Positions 1 to 8,198 of a DNA stretch of 41,585 nucleotides are shown here, one piece after another (the stretch's first letter is position 1; every line of letters starts with the position of its first letter). The DNA is from a virus. Lineage: Duplodnaviria; Caudoviricetes. The DNA is taken from positions 1-41,585 of IMG/VR virus record IMGVR_UViG_3300037605_000066; one strand, 5' to 3'. The translations under genes were made by a program, and so were the position numbers. The notes below the pieces were generated by a model that ran no database searches, had not been told where the DNA came from, and worked only from the letters and a program-made list of their open reading frames with translations.

Positions 1-1143
1 TTACTTTTCGGTTTCGTCGCGTTCTTTTTGAATGGCGTTGAGTTGTTCTTGCAGCTCGCGGATCTGTCGATCCTTGTCGGATTCGGCGCGTCCTTTGATC
101 AGATCGGTTTTATTTTTTAGTACCTGGTGGTAGTAGCGACGGATGATTTCGGGAGAGTTTCCGCAGAGTTTGGCGACGTCGTCGGTGGTGATTTCCTCGG
201 TGTCTAGCCAGTCAGTGATGAGCGATCGGCGGAGGTCGTGGAGGGGGTCGCCTTTGATGACTTTGGCGCGGCGGTAGATGTTGGTGAGGACGGATCGGCC
301 GGAGTCTTTGTTGCCGCCGCCTTGGAGGTAGCTGATTGAGAATCCAACGACGCGTTGTTCGCCGGGTCGGGCGGCTTCGTGGCGGTCGAGCAGGATCTTG
401 TAGAGCTCGGGGCTGATGGGTACGGATCGTTCTTTGTCTTTGGTGGTGATTTTGCCGGCGGTGTTGCGAACGATGAAGAGGCGTTGGTCGAAGTCGACGT
501 CGATCCATTGGAGTCGGAGGGCTTCTTTCATGCGGAGGCCGGCGAAGCGGGCGAGTGCGATAAGGGTTTGCCATTTGATGGATGGGCAGGCGGCGAGGAG
601 GCGATCGACTTCTTTTTGGGGAACGTATCGCCAATCGGCGTCGATGCGCAGGGGTGAGCCGGGCTGATCTTCGAAGGGGTTGCTGGGGATGATGCGTTGT
701 TTGGCGGCGGTGCGGAAGAGGGCTTTGCAGTTGCGGATGTGCTTGCGCGTCGTGTTTTCGCTGATGTCGCGTTTGCGAAGTTCGGCGCGGAAGTCGGCGG
801 CGTCGTCGGGTCCGATCTTGTTGATGCGGACGTTGCCGAAGCGCTTGGTGAGAAGTCGGGTGGTGACTTCGTATTCGGCGATGGTTGATTTTTTGAGGTC
901 GCGCTGGGCGACGAATCGCTTCAGCCAGGCTTCGATTTTGGGGGTGGCGTTGGAGCCTGCGATTTCGCCGGCCTCGGCGAGCTCGACCTGGATGGCGGCG
1001 GCGCGGCGGCGGGCTTCGCGGATGCCGACTTTGTTGATGTGGCCTAGTGATCGTTTGCGTCGTTTGCCGGTGGTGGATTGCCAGACGGCGTAGCGGTATT
1101 GTTGGCCGGGGCCTCCGAGCTCGAGTCGGACTTGGGTGGGCAT
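1..1143 (-). CDS. int: Tyrosine recombinase / phage integrase
   Basis: AGLRMKE (R), TTKDKER (K), HDLRR (HxxR), LCGNS (N at the usual H/W position), RRYY (Y); arm-binding-like N-terminus and SAM-like core. Confidence 0.95.
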   Translation of the reverse strand: MPTQVRLELGGPGQQYRYAVWQSTTGKRRKRSLGHINKVGIREARRRAAAIQVELAEAGEIAGSNATPKIEAWLKRFVAQRDLKKSTIAEYEVTTRLLTKRFGNVRINKIGPDDAADFRAELRKRDISENTTRKHIRNCKALFRTAAKQRIIPSNPFEDQPGSPLRIDADWRYVPQKEVDRLLAACPSIKWQTLIALARFAGLRMKEALRLQWIDVDFDQRLFIVRNTAGKITTKDKERSVPISPELYKILLDRHEAARPGEQRVVGFSISYLQGGGNKDSGRSVLTNIYRRAKVIKGDPLHDLRRSLITDWLDTEEITTDDVAKLCGNSPEIIRRYYHQVLKNKTDLIKGRAESDKDRQIRELQEQLNAIQKERDETEK

Positions 1144-1253
1144 GGTGGGTGTGGGGTTGGGGTGAGGGGGAGTGCTAAGCCGCGAGCGGCGGGGCGCGAT
1201 GAATCGCGGCGGTTGATGGTGAGGTTATCAGGCCGGATTGTTTGGGCCAAGGG

Positions 1254-1281
1254 TTGAATTGTGTACGGCTTTCGTTAGGAT
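1254..1281 (+). promoter_or_regulatory. Putative sigma70 promoter of the metallopeptidase gene
   Basis: TTGAAT (1254-1259), 16 nt, TAGGAT (1276-1281); GGGAG precedes ATG 1312. Confidence 0.45.
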
Positions 1282-1311
1282 AGCGTGCGACGATGTTTCG
1301 GGAGTTATGTG

Positions 1312-1959
1312 ATGCGATTTAACTTGCCTGATGGCGTGTATAAGGCTGAGGTTGCGGCGGAGCCGTTGTTGAATGATGAGGGTGAGGCGCTGGACGGTGT
1401 GACGGATTACAGCGCCAAGCGGATTCAGGTGAGCCCGGGTTGTTTGCTGGGCGATCGGCCTCGGACGGTGTATCACGAGTATGCTCATCCGTGGATTGCC
1501 TGGGCGGGGTTGCCTCGGACGGAGGAGCAGTTTTGCGATTTGTTTGCTCGGATGGCGGAGAGCCTGATGGGTGATGTGATGCGTCAGGGCGGGCCTGACG
1601 CGGTGTTGTTGATGGATCTGGTGCCTGAGGCGCGGTTTGATGCGGCGTGCCTGGTGTTGACGCTGGCGGAGCTGGGTGAGGAAAAGCTGGTGCAGTGCGG
1701 GCGGTGCACGCAGCGGATAGGCGGGGGGAGCGTGTGTGTGAGTCCGCCACGGCATTCGCCGGAGGTTGGGGGGTTGGTGGTGGAGCTGGCGTTTTATTGT
1801 GAGAGCTGCGATCGGGTTCAGCGTTGGACGGAGTTTGCGAGCAAGACGGGTCGGCCGACGGGTGCGATGGCGAGTAAGCCGGTGTTTTTAGGGGGTGCGG
1901 AGCGGGATGGGTTTTTGGCGGAGCATGGGGGGAAGGTGGGTTGTGTGGTTAGGGATTGA
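1312..1959 (+). CDS. ImmA/IrrE-like Zn metallopeptidase with C-terminal Zn finger (candidate antirepressor)
   Basis: HEYAH (HExxH) followed by EEQFCD; CGRC...CESC; adjacent to integrase. Confidence 0.7.
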   Translation: MRFNLPDGVYKAEVAAEPLLNDEGEALDGVTDYSAKRIQVSPGCLLGDRPRTVYHEYAHPWIAWAGLPRTEEQFCDLFARMAESLMGDVMRQGGPDAVLLMDLVPEARFDAACLVLTLAELGEEKLVQCGRCTQRIGGGSVCVSPPRHSPEVGGLVVELAFYCESCDRVQRWTEFASKTGRPTGAMASKPVFLGGAERDGFLAEHGGKVGCVVRD

Positions 1960-2090
1960 CCCGCGGAAGTGTGGGGGAGTGCTAAGCCGCGAGCGGCGGG
2001 CCATTTTCGTGGGGTCGGGAAAATGGTGGTGCGAGCATTTTGCGCGGGTTGGCAAAATGGTTTGGGGCGCGATGAATCGCGGGGGTTCAT

Positions 2091-2774
2091 CTACTCGGAT
2101 TCTTCAGTTCGTTTTTTCCATTCGGCGCGTAGAGTGTTGAGTTCTTTTATTGCCGTGGGGATGGCGTCGTATCGGATTGCGTGAACGCTGGCGTATTCTT
2201 CGCCGGGTGAGACGATAAATAGGCCATCGGTTGAGGGATAAGTGCCTTTGACGGTTTCAGATTTTCTGTGTTTATTGGCGATCCATATGAAGCCCGATTC
2301 TTTTGAAACGACATAATTGCCTTCGCGTACAAAGTAGATGAGTTTATAGATCGAGCTGTGATCGTTGAGGCTTGTTTTGTGAATGTATTCTCCACCATGC
2401 GGAAACTTTTGCTTAGGATCGATGACGCCAATGGCTCCGACCTCTTTAGAAAACAGGATGTTCGGCATGACGAAGTAGGTGCCTTGCTCGATTTTGGTTT
2501 TGCGTTCTTTTAGTTCTTCGTACCATGCTCGGGCGTTGTCGAGTTGTTCGCGCTTTCGTTCGGCGGGCAGTTTCTTATTGCGTTGTAGATCGCGGATGCG
2601 ATCGCGGGCCTCGCGTATCTTTTCAGGGATGGCTTCGTAGTGTTCTTCAGTGATCTTGGCTTCGTGTTCAAAAAATGCATCCCAATCGTCGTCGCTTATT
2701 TCGGAGTTATTGCCCTGAGCGGTCGTGGATGAAGCCAGCAGGAGGACTACGATGATGGTGAGGAGGTGTTTCAT
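2091..2774 (-). CDS. Secreted hypothetical protein (moron-like)
   Basis: Signal peptide MKHLLTIIVVLLLASSTTA-Q, coiled-coil middle, lower GC than flanks. Confidence 0.8.
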   Translation of the reverse strand: MKHLLTIIVVLLLASSTTAQGNNSEISDDDWDAFFEHEAKITEEHYEAIPEKIREARDRIRDLQRNKKLPAERKREQLDNARAWYEELKERKTKIEQGTYFVMPNILFSKEVGAIGVIDPKQKFPHGGEYIHKTSLNDHSSIYKLIYFVREGNYVVSKESGFIWIANKHRKSETVKGTYPSTDGLFIVSPGEEYASVHAIRYDAIPTAIKELNTLRAEWKKRTEESE

Positions 2775-2802
2775 ATTTAGCCTCGGAAGGAAGGTGGTTT
2801 GA

Positions 2803-3072
2803 TTGTATTGTCCGCGGTGTGGTTATGACGTTCGTGCGAGTCAGGAGCGGTGCCCGGAGTGTGGGTATGAGTGGTATTGGTCGGATCAGGTTGGGCCGGT
2901 GGAGCGGCCGGGGGATGCTCGGTGGTTTGTGATCCGCGCGGCGTCGGCGGGGCCGAAGCCGCGGGCTTTTGGGGTTAGGGGTTTTTGCCGCCGCGGGATT
3001 CGTCTTGTCCGCGTTTTTTGGCGGCGCGTTTTCGGGGTTTGGTGCCTGGGGAGGTTTTGGGGCGGGGGGTGA
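2803..3072 (+). CDS. Short Zn-ribbon ORF, possibly a fragment
   Basis: CPRCGYDVRASQERCPECG after GGAAGG and a TTG start; the 3' part overlaps the opposite-strand gene and looks non-coding. Confidence 0.4.
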   Translation: MYCPRCGYDVRASQERCPECGYEWYWSDQVGPVERPGDARWFVIRAASAGPKPRAFGVRGFCRRGIRLVRVFWRRVFGVWCLGRFWGGG

Positions 3073-3361
3073 TGGGGAAGGTGGTGGGTTGATCGGACCC
3101 GCCCGCTGAAGCGGGCTCCGCCTGGGCCATGCGTTCGAGGATCAGGCGGGCGAAGTCTGGGCGGCGCGAAGCGGGGACGGCGCCGAGGATCGCGCCTTGG
3201 GTGTCCTGGTCGAGTGTGCCGAACCATACGAGGATCTGATTGACGGCGGATTTTTTGTTGTGTGGGGACCAGTCGACTGCGCGTTCGATGATGGTGTGCG
3301 TTTCATCGGTAAGCTCGATGGTCGCGGCGCGTTTTGGTTTTTTGTTGGACGGCACAGACAT
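2975..3361 (-). CDS. Putative repressor / DNA-binding regulator
   Basis: Divergent from the 3480 HTH gene across an AT-rich palindromic spacer; strand-helix-helix-like N-terminus; ATG 3361 preceded by AGAGAG. Confidence 0.55.
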   Translation of the reverse strand: MSVPSNKKPKRAATIELTDETHTIIERAVDWSPHNKKSAVNQILVWFGTLDQDTQGAILGAVPASRRPDFARLILERMAQAEPASAGGSDQPTTFPITPRPKTSPGTKPRKRAAKKRGQDESRGGKNP

Positions 3362-3479
3362 ATTCTCTCTTTTTTTTACAGCACGTAAAGCGTTGCTGTT
3401 TTTAGGCTTACGTTTTTCTCGCGTTATGAACGCGAGATCACGTGTTGACACCGGGTTTTAACTAGTTATTCTTTGCGTC
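3362..3479. promoter_or_regulatory. Divergent lysis/lysogeny control region with rightward promoter and operator-like palindromes
   Basis: TTGACA 3445-3450, 16 nt, TATTCT 3467-3472; perfect inverted repeat TCTCGCGTT-atg-AACGCGAGA 3417-3437; palindrome TAACTAGTTA 3459-3468; AT-rich. Confidence 0.75.
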
Positions 3480-3758
3480 ATGGATACGACTTCATTGCAT
3501 TTGAGTCCGAGTCAGGCGGCGGTTTTGGACATTTACCGGCGTTTGGATCGTGTGGGTTTGGGGTCGACGGCGACTTACGACGTTGTTGCGGTGCATGGTC
3601 AGATCAACAAGTCGATGGCGGCGAAGGTTGCGGGCGAGCTCGAGGAGCTTGGCCTGTTGGCTTGCGGCGAATCGACAGGTGGCCGGACCAAGCGGAGCAA
3701 GGTGCTGACGGAGGCGGGGCGGAGCTATAGCCCGCCGGCGATGCCGCAGGCTGGTTGA
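3480..3758 (+). CDS. Winged-HTH regulator in the Cro position
   Basis: LSPSQAAVL...INKSMAAKVAGELEELGLL winged-helix pattern; first gene of the rightward early unit. Confidence 0.7.
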   Translation: MDTTSLHLSPSQAAVLDIYRRLDRVGLGSTATYDVVAVHGQINKSMAAKVAGELEELGLLACGESTGGRTKRSKVLTEAGRSYSPPAMPQAG

Positions 3759-4139
3759 TCGCGGTGGGGTGGGTTTTTGACCCGCCCGCTGAAGCGGGCT
3801 CCGCCTGGTTGGTTGTCGGGATTGTGGGCGGTCCTTGCCCGGTGTGATTCTATCAGAAGTGGCCTATTTTTCGCATGAAAACGCCGATTTTTGACAAATT
3901 GAATACAGGGTCGCCCCGGCACTTGGAAGCTGGAGCAGGATGCGGTGTGGCGTTTGGGAAGACGGCCACGGCTGGCTCGCGTTGTGGTGACGCGGTTGGG
4001 GCGGCCCCCGGAAGGTTAGTCGCGGATTGGCCGCGTCCGTTTGGCGTGGCTTGCGGGGTTGATGTGTTGGGTTGTCATCCCGCTGAAGCGGGGTGGCCGG
4101 TTGAAGAGGGTGCAGGCTTAGAGGATTTGGTTTTGTTGA

Positions 4140-4211
4140 TGCGGGGTAGCTCAGTGGTAGAGCAGGGGATTCATAATCCTCCGGTCGCCGGTTCGAGTCC
4201 GGCCCCCGCCA
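4140..4211 (+). tRNA. tRNA with CAT anticodon (Met or Ile2)
   Basis: Cloverleaf: acceptor tGCGGGG/CCCCGCc, D arm GCTC-AGTGGTA-GAGC, anticodon arm GGGGA-TTCATAA-TCCTC, T arm GCCGG-TTCGAGT-CCGGC, discriminator A; 1:72 mismatch; no encoded CCA. Confidence 0.92.
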
Positions 4212-4332
4212 TTTTGGACGCGTGCGAACTGGAGCGAGCCAGCAAATGTAGAGCTTGCCGTAACAGCTGGGTTGATCGCCAGTTCACTCGGTTAAAGCTG
4301 GCCGCGCGTTCTTTTGATTTTGCCCCCGGAAG

Positions 4333-4372
4333 CTCGGAGCGCCCGCGTTTGTCGCGGGCCTCCGGGTTTTTT
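4333..4372 (+). terminator. Intrinsic terminator after the tRNA region
   Basis: CTCGGAG-c-GCCCGCG-tttgt-CGCGGGC-CTCCGGG followed by T6. Confidence 0.75.
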
Positions 4373-4476
4373 CGTTGGGTTAGGTATGAGTTGGGCGTTT
4401 TACTCGCGGCCTTGGGTTGGTTTTTTGCGCTGACGGTTGATGGGTGGTTTGGCCGGGATGTTGGGGGGGGAGATCG

Positions 4477-4590
4477 ATGAGTCGTGATTCTGGGTCGGAG
4501 AATGTGGTGGGGACGTTGGTTGTGTCTGTGCTGGTCTTTCTGGCGCTTGGTTGGCCGTGGGTGGTGTTGGTGATTGGGGGTTTGTTTTGA
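4477..4590 (+). CDS. 37-aa membrane peptide (absent from the ORF track)
   Basis: MSRDSGSENVVGTLVVSVLVFLALGWPWVVLVIGGLF; GGGAG upstream; stop overlaps the TTG start of the next gene. Confidence 0.55.
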   Translation: MSRDSGSENVVGTLVVSVLVFLALGWPWVVLVIGGLF

Positions 4591-5015
4591 GTCGCGTGCA
4601 ACTGACGGATCGGCAGGCGGAGGTTTATCGATACATCGTTGAGGGTGTGTCGGCGGGTTTGCCGCCGAAGCTGCGTGAGATCGGTGCGGTGCTGGGGATC
4701 TCGAAGGTGACGGTGCGTGGGCATGTTGATCAGTTGGTGATGAAGGGTTATGTGTCGCGTCGTGCGGAGAGTATGCGTGGGTTGTCGTTGGTTGAGCCGG
4801 TGGACGGTCGGTATGCGTCGGTGAAGGGTGATGCGGATGACCTGGCGGATGACCTGGCGGAGGCGTTGCGTGAGGTGCTGATGTTGCCGGTGGATCAGGG
4901 GATGAAGTGCATGGTGATTCGGGAGTCGAGCCCGGTGCTTGCGCGTGCTCATGCGGCGTTGTCGGCGTATGACGCGGGGCGTGCTAAGCCGCGAGCGGCT
5001 GGGGGTGTGGCATGA
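4587..5015 (+). CDS. LexA-type DNA-binding-domain protein without peptidase domain
   Basis: LTDRQAEVYRYI...PPKLREIGAVLGISKVTVRGHVDQLVMKGYVSR matches the LexA N-terminal wHTH. Confidence 0.85.
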   Translation: MSRVQLTDRQAEVYRYIVEGVSAGLPPKLREIGAVLGISKVTVRGHVDQLVMKGYVSRRAESMRGLSLVEPVDGRYASVKGDADDLADDLAEALREVLMLPVDQGMKCMVIRESSPVLARAHAALSAYDAGRAKPRAAGGVA

Positions 5016-5284
5016 GTCGGACGGGTGGCCCTGGTGGTGTGACGGTGTTGAGTGATCCTCGGCTGAATGGTCGGTTGGATCGTGCGCGTGAGATTTACTT
5101 TCGGCATTCTGGGCGGAAGGGTGATCGGAAGAGCGTGGCTGAGGCGCTGCTGGCGGAGAAGCTGGCGGAGTTGGAGGCGGCGGGTTGGTTTGATGATCCG
5201 GATCGGGTGGAGGGGTTGTTGGATGAGGGTGCTAAGCCGCAAGCGGCGGGGACGTTGAGTTATAGATTTCCGGGGGTGGGTTGA
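5012..5284 (+). CDS. Hypothetical protein
   Basis: ATGA-coupled to the upstream gene; normal codon pattern. Confidence 0.7.
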   Translation: MSRTGGPGGVTVLSDPRLNGRLDRAREIYFRHSGRKGDRKSVAEALLAEKLAELEAAGWFDDPDRVEGLLDEGAKPQAAGTLSYRFPGVG

Positions 5285-5300
5285 TGGATTGTTTTCTCCT

Positions 5301-5467
5301 TCAGGTGGCCGGCGGCGATGCGTCGTCGGTCGCTGATTACATACGTCGGGTGTGGGGCCAACGCGGACGGCTTGGCTTTGCTCGGCGGCATGCAGGGATG
5401 CGAGCGGCGTATCGGTCGGAGGTTTTTAACCCGGCTGCCTGGCTGAGAGGCTGGGCCTGCTGTTTTT
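5301..5467 (+). ncRNA. Candidate structured small RNA with an antisense loop
   Basis: Consecutive G-U-containing hairpins at 5301-5336, 5344-5387 (loop CGCGGACGGC) and 5397-5413, then a terminator-like hairpin plus T5 at 5432-5467; intergenic. Confidence 0.55.
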
Positions 5468-5494
5468 GATTCTTTAACGCGGTGAGGTGTTGCG

Positions 5495-5704
5495 ATGTTG
5501 AATGAACGATTGATTGATCGGGTTGATGTTGGGATGGGTGATCGGCACGCGGCGACTCGTGCGCGGCGGGACATCGATGATCGGCTGGCGGCGGGTGTCG
5601 CGCAGGCGGCGATCGAGTCGGGCGAGTTGGATGAGCCTGAGGTGTTGGATGCGGTGGTGCCTGGTCTTTATGCGGATCTTGGGATGTGTGACATGGCGGG
5701 GTGA
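5495..5704 (+). CDS. Hypothetical protein
   Basis: GAGGT RBS, ATG start, plausible composition. Confidence 0.65.
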   Translation: MLNERLIDRVDVGMGDRHAATRARRDIDDRLAAGVAQAAIESGELDEPEVLDAVVPGLYADLGMCDMAG

Positions 5705-5796
5705 TGGACCCGCCCGCTGAAGCGGGCTTTGCCTGGAGTTTTTTGGTTTTGGATGAGTGGAGAGAGAAGGTGCGTTTTGCGCTTTGGAGTTTTTGC

Positions 5797-6279
5797 ATGG
5801 ATGTGATGAATCGCGAGTTTTGGCAGGTGGTGAGCGCGGACGGTGCCCGGTGGTGGGTGGATAGCGCTTCGGCCGCGGCGTTGGCGGCGGACCGTGGGTG
5901 CGAGGTTCGTTTGGTGAGTGCGGTTGAGGCGGCGTTGGGTTTGGCGTATTGGCGTTTGTGCGTGCCGGCCTGGGTGGTTCGTCGTGGGATTCGTAAGGCG
6001 GGCGGTAGTCAGGCGCGGGCGCTGGTGTGTATGTGCCTGCGGCAGTTGGGGATGAGCGAGCGTGAGATTGCGGAGGCGCTCGAGTTGGCGGCGAGCTCGG
6101 TGCATGAGTTGATGGATGCGTATTTTGAGGATCGGGAGGTGGTTGAGGCGTTGGGGGTTTGGGGTTCGGCGCGCTCGGAAACTTTGTTTGTTGAGTTTAT
6201 TGAGCGAGCGGACGCGGGAATTGAACCTGGAATTGGTGCGGGAAGTGCTAAGCCGCGAGCGGCGGGGGTGGTGGGATGA
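5797..6279 (+). CDS. HTH DNA-binding protein
   Basis: LRQLGMSEREIAEALELAASSVHEL HTH; GGAG before ATG 5797. Confidence 0.7.
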   Translation: MDVMNREFWQVVSADGARWWVDSASAAALAADRGCEVRLVSAVEAALGLAYWRLCVPAWVVRRGIRKAGGSQARALVCMCLRQLGMSEREIAEALELAASSVHELMDAYFEDREVVEALGVWGSARSETLFVEFIERADAGIEPGIGAGSAKPRAAGVVG

Positions 6280-6662
6280 GCGGTGTTGTGGGTCAGGGAA
6301 TTAGTTTTTGGCCGGAGTTGCATTGGGTGGTTTGGCCTCGTGGTGAGGCTTTGCCGGGCCGGTTTGATGTTGTTCGTGTGGCGTATCGCATGGCGGGATT
6401 GGATTATGAATCGGAGGCGGATCGCTCGTTGGTGAAGCGTTCGCGGGCGACGTACAAGCCGATTTTGTTGATGGCGGCGGTGCCTGTGTTGGTTCGGGTG
6501 TGTGGGTGTTCGGGTAAGGAGGCGGTGGGGGTGTTTGGGTTTTCGCGGCACCTGGTGCGTGGTGATGCGTTGATGGGTTTGTTGGATTGTCCGGCGTGTC
6601 GGTTGTTGACGCGTGATTTGATCTTTCGGATGACGGGTCGTTTGTCTGGGGGTGGGCGATGA
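6276..6662 (+). CDS. Hypothetical protein
   Basis: ATGA-coupled on both sides. Confidence 0.7.
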   Translation: MSGVVGQGISFWPELHWVVWPRGEALPGRFDVVRVAYRMAGLDYESEADRSLVKRSRATYKPILLMAAVPVLVRVCGCSGKEAVGVFGFSRHLVRGDALMGLLDCPACRLLTRDLIFRMTGRLSGGGR

Positions 6663-7816
6663 GTCAGGTTGAGGCATGGAAGCCGGCGGTTGTTGGGGGG
6701 TTTGATCGGTTGGCTTGGCGGCGGTCGCTGCGGGGGTCGGCTGCGCTGCGGGGGTTGTCGGGGAGCGAGTGGGCGGTTTTGTGGTTCGCTTATGACCATT
6801 CGGATGGGATGGGGCAGGTGGACTTGCCTAAGCGGTACCTGGCGGAGTCGATGGGGATCTCGGAGGCGTCGGTGAAGCGGGCGGTGCGGCGGCTGAGCGG
6901 CGTGGTGGGTTTGCTGGAGGAGATTGGGCGGCGCCCGGGTTCGAAGGCGAAGCGGTATCGGTTGAGTGAGCCGGGGTGTGTTGAGGTTGAGGCGACTTCT
7001 GCGGCGTGCGAGGGTTCGCGCGATGAAGCTGGGTCGTGGCGGATTGATGGGGGGGAAAGTGCTAAGCCGCGAGCGGCTGGTGAGGGGGTCATGGGTGATC
7101 CCCCTGGCGGTGCAAGGGGGTCATGGGTGACCCGGCAAGGGGGTCATGGGTGCGCCCCTAAGGGGGTCATGGGTGACCCCCAAAGCAGAGACAAAAGCAG
7201 AGAACAAAGCAGCAAGCCCCCCGGAAGTTTGACGGGTCAGCGTGATCAAGCGGGCGGGTTGTTCGATGAGCGAGGCTTTGATCGTGCTGCTGCTGCGATT
7301 TTGATTTCGTCGGGATTGCGGAACCCGAAGCGTGCGGCGGCGTTGGTGGCTCAGCACAAGGTGACGCGGTTGGAGGCTCGGAATATCCGGGCGAATTTGC
7401 GGGCGGCTCGGCGGGCGAAGGTGTCGGTGCGGAACGCTGCGGGTTGGGTGGTTTCGATGGTGCAGGCGGGCGAGGTGACGCTGGATCAGCGGGTGCTGGA
7501 TGAGGTGGAAGGTCGACGGATGCAGCGTCGTCGGCGTTTGCAGGCGGCGGAGCGGGCGGTTGAGGCTCGTGCTAAGCGGCAAGCCGCGGAGCGAGATGAT
7601 GAGCGGCGAGAGGCGGCGCGTGAGCGGTTGAAGGCGATGGGGGCGGATGAGCGTTCGGCGTTGGTGCGAGCGATCACGGCGGAGATGAGCGGTGGGGATG
7701 GGCAGTTGGCGTTTAAGCCGTCGGCGGCGCTGTTGGAGCGTTGGTTGATTGATGAGTTGATGAAGCGTGATCAGAACGAAAGCGACTCGGAAAGTGAGGC
7801 AAGCGATGGCGAATGA
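6659..7816 (+). CDS. Replication initiator (lambda O-like organisation)
   Basis: N-terminal wHTH (LSGSEWAVLWF...YLAESMGISEASVKRAVRRL), internal iterons, VRNAAGWV motif in the C-terminal part. Confidence 0.8.
   Translation: MSQVEAWKPAVVGGFDRLAWRRSLRGSAALRGLSGSEWAVLWFAYDHSDGMGQVDLPKRYLAESMGISEASVKRAVRRLSGVVGLLEEIGRRPGSKAKRYRLSEPGCVEVEATSAACEGSRDEAGSWRIDGGESAKPRAAGEGVMGDPPGGARGSWVTRQGGHGCAPKGVMGDPQSRDKSREQSSKPPGSLTGQRDQAGGLFDERGFDRAAAAILISSGLRNPKRAAALVAQHKVTRLEARNIRANLRAARRAKVSVRNAAGWVVSMVQAGEVTLDQRVLDEVEGRRMQRRRRLQAAERAVEARAKRQAAERDDERREAARERLKAMGADERSALVRAITAEMSGGDGQLAFKPSAALLERWLIDELMKRDQNESDSESEASDGE
7083..7216 (+). repeat. Putative replication origin: four iterons plus A-rich tract
   Basis: AGGGGGTCATGGGTG at 7083, 7115, 7138, 7161, then an A-rich tract 7181-7216 with AAAGCAG x3. 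Confidence 0.8.
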
Positions 7817-8198
7817 TGTTGTGCGGGTGATTGAGTATGGGACGCGGGAGCTGTTGGCGTCGTATCGGTCGAAGGTTTGCCCGATGTGTGGGGGGACGAA
7901 GGCGAAGAAGCGGAGCATGTGCGGGGGGTGTTATTCGTTGCTTTGTCCGGCGTTGAAGTCGGCTTGTTACAAGCGGTTTCGGGAGGGGTATGAGGAGGCG
8001 ATTCGGGACAGTGCGGATTTTTTGGGTGTGTCGGCGTTGTGTTTGCCGGCGGATGTGTCGCGGCGGCGTGGGGCGGTTGATGAGGATGGGGTAGGCACCG
8101 ATCCCGCAGAAGCGGGACGGCCTGGGCCTGATGTGATGCGTGGGGTGCTGGGTTTGGATGCGGATGTGTTGGAGCGTGAAGTGAAGGGAGGTGCGTGA
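7806..8198 (+). CDS. Zn-finger hypothetical protein
   Basis: CPMC...CGGC; overlaps the initiator stop. Confidence 0.7.
   Translation: MANDVVRVIEYGTRELLASYRSKVCPMCGGTKAKKRSMCGGCYSLLCPALKSACYKRFREGYEEAIRDSADFLGVSALCLPADVSRRRGAVDEDGVGTDPAEAGRPGPDVMRGVLGLDADVLEREVKGGA

Noticed and set aside
1-1143. Integron interpretation (integrase plus hairpins as attC sites)
   Set aside because: The integrase has phage-type arm-binding organisation; hairpins are much shorter than attC and lack RYYYAAC/GTTRRRY ends.
3007-3024. GTCCGCGT-N5-GGCGG resembling the late leader
   Set aside because: Only a partial match, inside a coding region, with no promoter or start codon at the expected spacing.
3891-3896. TTGACA as a tRNA promoter
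   Set aside because: No plausible -10 at 16-18 nt.
4140-4211. tRNA as the attachment site
   Set aside because: It is 4 kb inside the prophage and I found no duplicate of its 3' end.
3875-4480. 201-aa ORF spanning the tRNA
   Set aside because: Overlaps the tRNA, hairpins and a terminator; at most the last 30 or so codons might be a real peptide.
5281-5469. 62-aa ORF over the candidate small RNA
   Set aside because: No recognisable motif and almost entirely hairpins ending in a terminator; not fully excluded because its start overlaps the upstream stop.
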